From Acidobacteriota bacterium (GTDB lineage: Bacteria; Acidobacteriota; Vicinamibacteria; Vicinamibacterales; SCN-69-37), in contig JBDTNQ010000004.1 in the NCBI GenBank assembly GCA_039933635.1, forward strand, positions 31,880 to 95,879: DNA of 64,000 nucleotides, in the 5' to 3' direction. The notes beneath the pieces are model-generated. The model was not told where the DNA came from. It saw only the letters and a program-made list of their open reading frames with translations, and ran no database searches. Positions 9,394 through 20,300 of the stretch are shown piece after piece; the stretch's first letter is position 1; each line of letters opens with the position of its first letter. A program made the translations under genes and the position numbers.

Positions 9394-10832
9394 TCCAGCC
9401 ACCGCAAGCCTTCCTGCACCAGCGCGATCCGCAGGCGGTAGATGCCCGGCTGCGTCGGCGCGGCGATCTGCATGGCTCTCTCGCAGTCCTCGCCCGCCGC
9501 AATCGAAGGCAGGGAGGTGCGTGCGCCTTCCGCGACAAGCGGCTCACCCGTGGCCGCGTCCAGCCAGCGATAGGACAAATCAACCGGATACGGGGGAAAC
9601 GTTCCGAGAGAGGTCGTCAGCCCGTTTCGCACCTCGGTCTCCACACGGAGTGTTGCAGCGGCGTTGACCGTCACCGGCGATTTGAGGATGCGGATGCGCA
9701 CCTTCGCGCATTCGTCGTCGGTCAACGCCTCCATGCGGAACGGACGTCGGTACTCTGCGAGCGCGGCTTCCACGGCGCTGAGGTGCTGGACCGCACGGGT
9801 GGCATAGTCGCGCACATCCTGCTCGAATCCGCGAACCGCCAGCGGGTTCGACAGGGCCGCGCGATATACGGCGAGATAGGAGTTGACCGCCGAGCCGAGT
9901 CCTGCGGTGTGGCGGACTACGCTGCTGACCTCACGGGCGTCGTCGGCATCGTAGCCCCGCACCGCGGCGACGATCGCGTGCACATCGAGCGGCGCGCGAA
10001 GGGTGCGACGGCCGAAGTTCCACCACCGGAGATCATCGACGTTCGCCGACGTCACCATGGGCCCGAGACCCGTCGCGTCGCAGAGCACGACCGCGCATCC
10101 GACCGCCATGGCTTCTATCGCACACCGCGCCTTCGCGAAGACGAGGTCATACGCGCCCAGCACGAGTTCCGGCGCCGCCTGCTCGTTGCCGACGCCGGAG
10201 CCCAGGACGTCGAGCGGCAGGCCCAGCCGGCCGCAGGCCTGCTGGGTCGGCTCAAGGTGGGTGCCCTGCTGCGCGTAGTTGCTGAAGATCGCGGCGCGGC
10301 GCGGATGGGGAGGCAGCGGGCCGCGTGGCCTGAAGCGATCCATCTCGATGGCATTGGGAATGACGGTCGTCAACGCCGTCGGGATGCCGTAGTCGGCGGT
10401 GAGGCGCTCCAGGCAGTTGAAGTCCACCGCCACGTACCGCTGGATGCGGTCGATTAACGGCGGGGCGGAGGCGACCGCCGAGCGGTCGTGACACACGAAC
10501 ACGGCGGCAGCCGCTGGAAAGGTGAGAAGTGCTGCCACCGTTTCCACATGGTGGTGACCGTGGATGATGTCAGGCGTCTTCGGCAACGCGTCCAACCTGT
10601 CAACCACGGGGATTCCGGCGGCGCGGAGGTCATCGGCGATGGCCCCGAGCGTCGGTGCGTACACCATCGGCGTATGGCCCGCGGCGAGTAGGCCGATGGC
10701 GAGGGCGCGCGTGGCCGTCTCGGTGCCGGTACGACCGGCGAGCGTGACGTTGGTGAGGAGAATCCGCCACGGGCGGTCAGGAGCGACGGAAGCAACGGGC
10801 GGGGATTCGTGCATCGCGCGGTACGATTGCAC
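9321..10832 (-). CDS. Glycosyltransferase family 4-like protein with an extra C-terminal beta-rich domain
   Basis: The N-terminus RILLTNVTLAGRTGTETATRALAIGLLAAGHTPMVY...IIHGHHH matches the GT4 N-domain pattern. The C-terminal ~150 aa were not recognised. Confidence 0.7.
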   Translation of the reverse strand: MQSYRAMHESPPVASVAPDRPWRILLTNVTLAGRTGTETATRALAIGLLAAGHTPMVYAPTLGAIADDLRAAGIPVVDRLDALPKTPDIIHGHHHVETVAALLTFPAAAAVFVCHDRSAVASAPPLIDRIQRYVAVDFNCLERLTADYGIPTALTTVIPNAIEMDRFRPRGPLPPHPRRAAIFSNYAQQGTHLEPTQQACGRLGLPLDVLGSGVGNEQAAPELVLGAYDLVFAKARCAIEAMAVGCAVVLCDATGLGPMVTSANVDDLRWWNFGRRTLRAPLDVHAIVAAVRGYDADDAREVSSVVRHTAGLGSAVNSYLAVYRAALSNPLAVRGFEQDVRDYATRAVQHLSAVEAALAEYRRPFRMEALTDDECAKVRIRILKSPVTVNAAATLRVETEVRNGLTTSLGTFPPYPVDLSYRWLDAATGEPLVAEGARTSLPSIAAGEDCERAMQIAAPTQPGIYRLRIALVQEGLRWLDYLQPPVADEVTVSVVIPADSRPA

Positions 10833-10866
10833 CGCGCGATGCGGGCGTCAATACGGGCCCTATCGA

Positions 10867-11172
10867 TCAGCGCACGAGCTGTCGCTGAGCGTCGCGATTG
10901 ATGGCGCGGGCGGCCCGTTCCGCGTCGCGACGCGATTCCTCGTCGCGCGCCGAGTTGCCAGACGCGGCGCTGGGCGGCAATCCCGGCGGGGGCGTGGCGG
11001 CCTCGGTTTGGAGCTGGGCCACCGCGTCGGCTTCCTCCCGTTCGGCCTCCAGCCAGTCCTCCACGTCGTATCCGTGAAGACCGCCGCGCGCCTCGAATCG
11101 CGCGAATGCGCGTGCCGTAATGCGTTGCTGTTGACCGCTGTCGTGTCGGTCCGGGTCGAGGTCGTTCTCCAT
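10867..11172 (-). CDS. DUF2934-domain protein
   Basis: ORF 10867..11433(-) trimmed to ATG 11172, with GGGAG at 11185..11181. ITARAFARFEARGGLHGYDVEDWLEAEREEA matches the DUF2934 signature. Confidence 0.7.
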   Translation of the reverse strand: MENDLDPDRHDSGQQQRITARAFARFEARGGLHGYDVEDWLEAEREEADAVAQLQTEAATPPPGLPPSAASGNSARDEESRRDAERAARAINRDAQRQLVR

Positions 11173-11196
11173 GGCACACACTCCCGCGCCCGACCG

Positions 11197-11212
11197 TGCA
11201 AGGGCGTTGCCA
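11197..11212 (-). promoter_or_regulatory. Sigma-54 promoter candidate for the DUF2934 gene (and possibly GT4)
   Basis: Minus strand reads TGGCAACGCCCTTGCA with GG-N10-GC spacing. The -12 C lies 26 nt from the ATG, the same geometry as the 5639..5655 promoter. The 14-bp palindrome TGCGGCGCGCCGCA sits at 11254..11267. Confidence 0.55.
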
Positions 11213-11315
11213 CGGGTCTCGCGTGCGCCGGTGCATGAACCCGCATGAGACCGTGCGGCGCGCCGCAACCGGGACGTAAAGACGTGCCGCGATTGGACAC
11301 GCTGGCGGCCACACC

Positions 11316-13457
<2,142 letters not shown>

Positions 13458-13497
13458 GCGGTTCCTTGGGGGCCGCGCGCGGTCATCGCGCGCAGAC

Positions 13498-15003
13498 TCA
13501 TCGCTCCAGCGGCGCATCAGGCGGGGCGCTGATGCCGCACTCCTTCATCTTATTCAGAAGCGTCTTGTAGCTGACGCCAAGTCGTTCGGCCGCCTTGCGC
13601 CGATTCCACCTGAAATAGTCGAGCGTGCGACGGATGGCCTCGCGTTCGGCCACCAACGCGGCTCGGCGTGCGAGGTCGGGAAGTGTCTCGTCCGCTTGCG
13701 CCGCGCGAGGCGCTGGCGGTGCCGCGACTGGCGAGGCGGCCGGCGGCGCGACGGGCGCCGGAGGGGCCATCCCTGGTGGCGTTGGTGGAGGTTCGGGCTG
13801 CGCCTCCGCGACCGGGCGAACGCGCATGACCTCCGAACGGACCAGCGATTCGTCCTGAAGAATGACAAACCGCTTGATCAGATTTTCGAGCTCGCGGATG
13901 TTGCCGGGCCATGCGTAGGCGCGCAGCGCATCACGCAAGGCCTGCGACGGCTTCAGCGCCGGCCGCCCATACCGCGCCGCGTATCGCAGCAGAAAGAACT
14001 CGACGAGCGGCAGAATTTCGTCCTGCCGCATGCGCAGCGGGGGCACGCGGATCTCGATGACCTGGAGGCGGTAGTACAGATCCTCGCGGAACGATCCCAG
14101 ACGGATCATCTGCTCCAGGTCGCGGTTGGTGGCGGCGATCACGCGGACGTCGACGGCGACGGGCCGGTTGCTGCCGAGCCGCGCGAATTCCTGATCCTGC
14201 AGCACGTGCAACAGTTTCGCTTGCAGGGACAGCGGCATTTCGCCGATCTCGTCGAGCATGATCGTCCCGCCGGTCGCGAACTCGAACTTGCCGATGCGCG
14301 ACTGCTGCGCACCGGTGAAGGCGCCGCGCTCGTGGCCGAACAGTTCGCTTTCCAGAAGCTCGGCCGGGAGCGCGGCGCAGTTCACCTTGACGAACGGTCT
14401 CATGCGCCGGCCTGACCGCCGGTGCAGCTCCCTCGCGATGACTTCCTTGCCGACGCCGCTCTCGCCGGACAGCAGCACAGTCACGTCACTGTCAGCGACG
14501 CGCTCCACCATCGTAAGGACGCGGCGCATCGCTTCGCCCGATCCCCAGCATGGCTGCGCGCCGTCCGGCTCCTCGGTGACCTGCGCGCGCAGGCGCGCCA
14601 CTTCGCTCGTGAGGTTCATTTTTTCGACCGCGTTGCGGATCGCGGCTTCGAGAGCGGCCTCCCCGAGACCTTCCGGATCGTCCGGCTTGACCACGTAGTC
14701 CACCGCGCCGAGGCGGACGGCGTCGACGATGGTGGCCGGCACTTGCGAGCCGGAAAGCATGATGACCTGTACGCCGGGGTGGGACTGACGCGCCGCACGG
14801 AGCGTCTCGAGCCCATCCATGCCCGGCATGAGGACGTCGAGCAACACCACATCAGGCGCCCACCCTCCGCGCGACAGCGTCTCGAGCAGATCGGCGCCGC
14901 TCGGGTGGGTGCGCACGTCGTAGCCGCGCGAACTCAGCAGCGCGGCGAGATAGTCGGCGAACGAGGGGTCGTCGTCGACAAGCGCGATGCGCGCGGCGTT
15001 CAT
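13498..15003 (-). CDS. Sigma-54-dependent response regulator (receiver + AAA+ GAFTGA + Fis-type HTH), paralog 1
   Basis: ORF trimmed to ATG 15003 (GGAGG RBS). MNAARIALVDDDPSF receiver, GESGVGKE Walker A, ERGAFTGA, and the C-terminal helix RWNRRKAAERLGVSYKTLLNKMKECGI. Confidence 0.9.
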   Translation of the reverse strand: MNAARIALVDDDPSFADYLAALLSSRGYDVRTHPSGADLLETLSRGGWAPDVVLLDVLMPGMDGLETLRAARQSHPGVQVIMLSGSQVPATIVDAVRLGAVDYVVKPDDPEGLGEAALEAAIRNAVEKMNLTSEVARLRAQVTEEPDGAQPCWGSGEAMRRVLTMVERVADSDVTVLLSGESGVGKEVIARELHRRSGRRMRPFVKVNCAALPAELLESELFGHERGAFTGAQQSRIGKFEFATGGTIMLDEIGEMPLSLQAKLLHVLQDQEFARLGSNRPVAVDVRVIAATNRDLEQMIRLGSFREDLYYRLQVIEIRVPPLRMRQDEILPLVEFFLLRYAARYGRPALKPSQALRDALRAYAWPGNIRELENLIKRFVILQDESLVRSEVMRVRPVAEAQPEPPPTPPGMAPPAPVAPPAASPVAAPPAPRAAQADETLPDLARRAALVAEREAIRRTLDYFRWNRRKAAERLGVSYKTLLNKMKECGISAPPDAPLER

Positions 15004-15070
15004 CGGACCTCCTGTGTCCACCGGCGTGTGTAGCTGGCAAGAACCGGTCGGCCCATCACATTGCCCACAA

Positions 15071-15088
15071 TGGGCAATCATCTTGCCA
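15071..15088 (-). promoter_or_regulatory. Sigma-54 promoter candidate upstream of activator paralog 1
   Basis: Minus strand reads TGGCAAGATGATTGCC with GG-N10-GC spacing, and the leader to ATG 15003 is about 60 nt. The -12 region overlaps the perfect palindrome ATTGCCCA-CAA-TGGGCAAT (15060..15078). Confidence 0.5.
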
Positions 15089-15318
15089 ACGACGCGGGAC
15101 GCGTCGTACGCCGTGTCCTGCGGTGCCGAACCTGGGCCGGTGGAACTTCCTCGCTGCGCATTGGCACGGCCGGTACTTCTTACGCACCGGTCCTTCCAAC
15201 ACTTTCCAGGCCTGGATTGCCTCAATTCATCGCGTCCGATCGTCGATTCGGCCACCGGCACGAAGCGTGCAGTAAACGACGCGACAGCCGGCGGCGGCCG
15301 GCGGGAGGATGGTGAACC

Positions 15319-15468
15319 ATGTTGATGACGATCTTCGTGCTGTTGTTGATTCTGTGGCTGCTGGGCATGGTCAGTTCGTACACGCTCGGGGGCTTCATCC
15401 ACCTCCTGCTCCTGATTGCGATCGCCGTCGTGCTGATCCGCATCATCCAGGGCCGGCGTCCGGTCTAA
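15319..15468 (+). CDS. lmo0937-family small membrane protein (49 aa), absent from the supplied ORF track
   Basis: Hand translation gives MLMTIFVLLLILWLLGMVSSYTLGGFIHLLLLIAIAVVLIRIIQGRRPV*. GGGAGG lies about 10 nt upstream. The stop is 5 nt before the tamA-like start. Confidence 0.7.
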   Translation: MLMTIFVLLLILWLLGMVSSYTLGGFIHLLLLIAIAVVLIRIIQGRRPV

Positions 15469-15473
15469 CCCCG

Positions 15474-17384
15474 ATGATCTGGTGCCGGACCCTCACGCGT
15501 CTGCTCGGTTGTGTCGCGTGGGTGATCATCGTGGCGGCGCAGGCCGAAGCCCAGAGCACCGTACGTTTGACGTCACTGGCGATTGACGGCGCACATGCTA
15601 TCCCCGCAAAAGAAATTCGTGCGGTGCTGGCCACCAAGCCTGGAGGGCGCTGGCCGTGGTCTGAGAAGACGCCATTCGATCAGCGGACGTTCGAGGCCGA
15701 CTTGGAGCGGGTCCGGCGTTTCTATCAGGACCGCGGTTATCCGGACGCCCGCATCGACAACGTGGACGTGGTGTTCAACGATGCCCGAGACGCGGTGAGG
15801 GTGACCATCACGATAGGTGAGGGGCAGCCGCTCCGTGTGGCGAGCGCATCGTTCGTGGGGTTCGAGGCCGTGAGCCCGGAGGTGCTGGCGGGGATCGATC
15901 GGTCGGTGGTCGAGCCCGACCGGATTCGCGACCGAGGCGCAGTGGCTGGCCTGCGGCAACGGCTGCTCGATGGCCTGCGCGATCACGGGTACGCGTACGC
16001 GAAGGTGAACGCCACCGAAGTGGAGGAGGCGGGCAACAACCGTGTCGCGCTGACATTCACCGCCGTTCCTGGGCCCCCGACGACCTTTGGTCCCATCACG
16101 GTGGTTGGCGCGCAGAAGATCGAGGATCGCATCATTCTTCGGCAGCTCGTTCTCCGGCCGGGCCAGCCATTCACCGAGCGGCAGATCACCCAGAGCCAGC
16201 GACGGCTGACGAGCCTCGAGATCCTGAAGTTCGCAAATGTCGACGCGAAGCCGCCGGCTGAAAGTCAGCCGACAGCGATTCCCGTCACCGTGACGGTTGC
16301 CGAAGACAAGACGCATCGTCTTGAACTGGGTGTCGGCTACGGGACCGAGGATCGGGTGCGAGCCTCGGTTGACTGGTCCCATCTGAACTTTCTGGGTGAT
16401 GCGCGGCGGTTGACGTTGTCCGGGAAATTTTCCTCGATAGATCGCGGCGGCCGCGTGAGCTTCTCGCAGCCCTACTTTCTGGGACGTGGCTTGTCGCTCG
16501 ACGCGAGCGCGGTCGACTGGTGGACGGGCGAAAACGTCTACACGTCCACGACCTACGGCGGGCGTACGGGCGTGACCTATCGGTTTCGCGGTCGCGGACG
16601 GACCGAAGGGCGCGGTGCCGGTGGTGGCCGACCCGGGGACAGCCTGCGCGTGGCGTACGTCTACGAGTTCCTGCGCTACACCGTACGACCGGCGGTGTTG
16701 GCTGACCTGAGCAACGTGGGGCAATTGCTGGCCTTGGGCTTGAACCCCGTGACCGGTGCCGGAAGCGGCACGAAGTCGGCCGTTGCTGCCGACTTCACTC
16801 ACAGTGCCACTGACAACGTGGCCGATCCCCGTGCGGGTTGGACCACATCCCTGCACGGGGAAGTCGCGAGCCCGGCCCTGGGCGGCACGTTTCGGTACCG
16901 GGAGGCGGTGGCCGAGACGCGTGCGTACTTGCCGTTGGGCCCGGCTGTCCTGGCGACCCGGCTGCACGCGGGATCGATCGCCGCCCGTTCGGATGCAGAC
17001 TTCCCGTTTTCGGATCGCTTCTTTCTCGGAGGGGCGTCGAGTCTCCGAGGTTGGTCACGCTACGAAGTGGCGCCGCTCACCGACGGCGTACCGATCGGGG
17101 GGCGCACGATGATGGAGATGTCCGTTGAGTTGCGCGTGCCGCTGCGTGGCCCGATCGGGGTCGTCGGCTTTGTGGATACGGGCAACGTGTGGGCGCGGAG
17201 CTTCGCAGCGACCACCGGCGGGTTTCGCTCCGATGCCGGCATCGGCCTGCGGTATCGCACGCCGGTCGGACTTCTGCGCGGCGACGCCGCGTTTCAGCTG
17301 AACCCGATTCCCGGGCTTCTCGTGGACGGCGTCCCTCAGTCCCGCACGTGGCGCATTCATGTGAGCATCGGGCAGGCTTTCTGA
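15474..17384 (+). CDS. Omp85-family outer-membrane assembly protein (TamA/BamA-like)
   Basis: ORF trimmed to ATG 15474. Signal peptide, POTRA-like repeats (EADLERVRRFYQDRGYPDARI) and a C-terminal beta-barrel ending in F. It lies directly upstream of a TamB-like gene. Confidence 0.8.
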   Translation: MIWCRTLTRLLGCVAWVIIVAAQAEAQSTVRLTSLAIDGAHAIPAKEIRAVLATKPGGRWPWSEKTPFDQRTFEADLERVRRFYQDRGYPDARIDNVDVVFNDARDAVRVTITIGEGQPLRVASASFVGFEAVSPEVLAGIDRSVVEPDRIRDRGAVAGLRQRLLDGLRDHGYAYAKVNATEVEEAGNNRVALTFTAVPGPPTTFGPITVVGAQKIEDRIILRQLVLRPGQPFTERQITQSQRRLTSLEILKFANVDAKPPAESQPTAIPVTVTVAEDKTHRLELGVGYGTEDRVRASVDWSHLNFLGDARRLTLSGKFSSIDRGGRVSFSQPYFLGRGLSLDASAVDWWTGENVYTSTTYGGRTGVTYRFRGRGRTEGRGAGGGRPGDSLRVAYVYEFLRYTVRPAVLADLSNVGQLLALGLNPVTGAGSGTKSAVAADFTHSATDNVADPRAGWTTSLHGEVASPALGGTFRYREAVAETRAYLPLGPAVLATRLHAGSIAARSDADFPFSDRFFLGGASSLRGWSRYEVAPLTDGVPIGGRTMMEMSVELRVPLRGPIGVVGFVDTGNVWARSFAATTGGFRSDAGIGLRYRTPVGLLRGDAAFQLNPIPGLLVDGVPQSRTWRIHVSIGQAF

Positions 17385-17395
17385 AAGGTACGTTC

Positions 17396-20300
17396 ATGCG
17401 GTGGTTTCGCCTGCGCACGCTCGCGGTTGCCCTCGCGGCCCTGCTCGTGCTGCTCGTCGTCGGTGGACTGATCACGCTGCGCAGCGACTGGTTGCGCCGC
17501 TGGCTTCGCCAGCAGGCGGTGACCCGGTTGGCGGCGGTGATCGATGGTGATGTCGAGATTGGCAGCCTCTCGGGTTCGTTGCTGCGCGACATCACGATCC
17601 AGAAGTTCGCGATTCGGCAACAGGGGCAGCCGGTCGTCCTGGCGGACAGAGTCGACGTGCAATACAGCCTCGTCCAGTTGCTGCGTGGCCAACTCGTGTT
17701 GAGCGACGTGCACCTCACGAATCCGTTCGTGCACGTGGCGTTCACGAGCCAGGGGTGGAACCTCGCCCATCTCACGAAGCCGCAGGATGGCCCGACTGCC
17801 GGTCCCTGGGCACTCACATTGCAGCACGTTCGACTGACCAATGGACGCGTCGTGCTCGACATGTCAGACCGTCCGACGCTCAGGCTGGCTGAGGTGGCGA
17901 TTGATGGGCGCGTCCTCCTTGATTCGTCGGGGGCCGACGTCACCTTGAATCAGGGATCATTTCGTGAAGAGGGCACGGGTACGGCGATATCGCGTCTGGC
18001 GGGCCACATTGCGTCGGATGGGGAGGGCGTGGCCTTCAAGGGATTTCAATTGGCCGCCCCCGGCCTAGACGCGCGTGCCGACGCTCAGGTGCAGGGCGGA
18101 CGCGTCAGCGGAGTCGATGCGCAGGTGACGCTCGCGAAATGGCAGGGGGCGACGCTGCAGGGCTTTCTGCCGTGGCTTGGCCAGGTCCCCGTTCTCTCCG
18201 GTACGGTCGGTGCGAAGGGCGCGGGTGATGCGCTGGGCGCGTCGTGGTCACTCGAGTTCGAAGATGGTGGAAGCTCACAAGGAGATGTGCGCGTCGACCT
18301 GACACGCGCGGTCATACCCCTGAAGGGGCAGATTCGCGCCGTTCGACTCAACCCGGCCTTGCTGGTCCACGACCCGCAGTGGCGCGGACGAGTGAGTGGG
18401 GATGTCCAGATCGACGGCACGATCGACCCCGCTCGGATCCGCGCGTCGTCTGCCTCCTTCGTCACCGACAACCTCGCCGTGACGTTGCTTGGCTACGCGG
18501 TGGAGCGCGCGCGCTTGAAGGGCAGCTATCGGGCCACTCGCGTCAACGCCGCAGGAGATGTGGCGGCCTATGGTGCGACGGCGTCCGTGCGGGCGGTCGT
18601 CGATCTGCCGGAGTCGCCTCGGCCGGTCCATTTGAACGCCACCGGCTTCGTCTCGCACCTCGACGTCTCGCGTCTGCCGGTCGAAGTCACGTCGTCGATT
18701 CCATCGGACGTGACGGGCGACTATGCGGTGACGTACAGCGATCCGACCTGGCGCGCGAGCCTGACGTCGCGGGAGTCTCGCGTCAAAGGCGTGACGCTGC
18801 GCAGCGGAACCATCGCCAGCGCCGAGGGGCGCGGCAATCAGGTCAAGGCGGCGATTCGCGGAGAGGTGGCCGACCTGCCGGCGTCAATGCTCGGCGCGCC
18901 TGCGGCCGCAGATTACACGCTCGCGGGACGCGTCGACGGGTGGGTGGTGATTCCGAACCGGACCGCGCCCTTCACGCTCGATTCGATCGAGGGCGCGTTG
19001 CAGGGGACGATCGCGGGCGAGTCGTCGACCAATCAACCCTCAGCGACCGCTGATGTCGATGCATCTCTGAGCCACGGGCTCATCCAGGTTCGCAAACTAG
19101 ACGTGCAGTCGCCCGTGGCGACCGTCACCGCCAAGGGGCAACTGGCGCTTGCCAGCGCCGAAGGTACGGAATCGCAGCTTCAGTATCAGTTGGACGCGCA
19201 CGACCTCGCGGTGTTCGAGGCGCTCGGCGCCCCTGCGCTGGGCGGCGCCGCGCATTCCGAGGGTACGGTAACCGGTCCGGCTGGTACCTGGAACGTCGCG
19301 GGCACGTTCGGCGGTCATCAACTCGCCTACGCGGACAAGGCCACGGCCTTGACAATCAACGGCACGTTCGACGGCACCATGCCCGCCGCCGATCCGGCAA
19401 AGGCCACGGGGAAGGTGTCGCTCGACGGCAGCTTCATCAACGTGGGCGACTACGAAATCCTCAGGGCGAAGGTTGACGCCACGTACCGCGGCGAGCAGGC
19501 CGACGGCCGTCAGATCGATCTCGTCGGCAAGCTCGAACAGCAGCAGCGCGCGATCGAGTTCGACACGGGCGTGATTCTGCACACCGATCACCGGGAGCTG
19601 CACCTGCGTCAGCTCACGCTCGGTGGCCTCGGGGAGCCATGGCGCCTGCTGCCGACCGATCAGGCCGTGGTGCGCTACAGCCCGCGCGAGCTCGAACTCA
19701 AGGGCGTGGCTCTCACGCGTGGACAGGAGCGCTTTGAAGCCAACGGCACCGTCGCGCTCGATGCCTCCAGTGCCTCGTCCTCGAGTCTGGAGGTCAAAGC
19801 CACGCAGATCAACATCGGCGATGTCTACCAACTCACGACCGGCACGCCGAGAATCGCGGGCACGCTCGACGGCCACGTCGTACTGACTGGTGTCGTGTCG
19901 GACCCGAACGTGACCGCGGACATCAGCGTGACCGGGGGCAAGATTGTCGACGTGCCTTTCTCGTCGATCAAAGCCACCGCCACGATGAAGTCGAAGATGG
20001 TCGATCTCAACGCGCGGCTCATCGAGCAGAACGGCGCCGCGTTCGATGTCTCCGGCACCGTGCCCGCGTCGACCACCGAAGGTGAGGCGGATCTTCACGT
20101 GGTGGGAGCGGGCATCAGCCTCGGCGTCATTCAGGCGGCCACGACGGCTGTAACCGAGGTGCAGGGCATCGCTGGCGTCGACGCCAGGGTACACGGCCCC
20201 CTGAAGGACATCCGGATCAACGGTCAGGTGCAGATTGGTAACGCGGCGTTCCGCGTCGCCGCGTCGGGCGTGAAGTATCAGGATCTCAACACCGAGATCC

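Noticed and set aside
15172-15186. TGGCACGGCCGGTAC, a perfect sigma-54 -24 box upstream of the small ORF/tamA.
   Set aside because: The position where the -12 GC should be reads AC, and no alternative spacing restores it. GGCAC may instead be an activator half-site related to the GGGCAC/GTGCC repeats.
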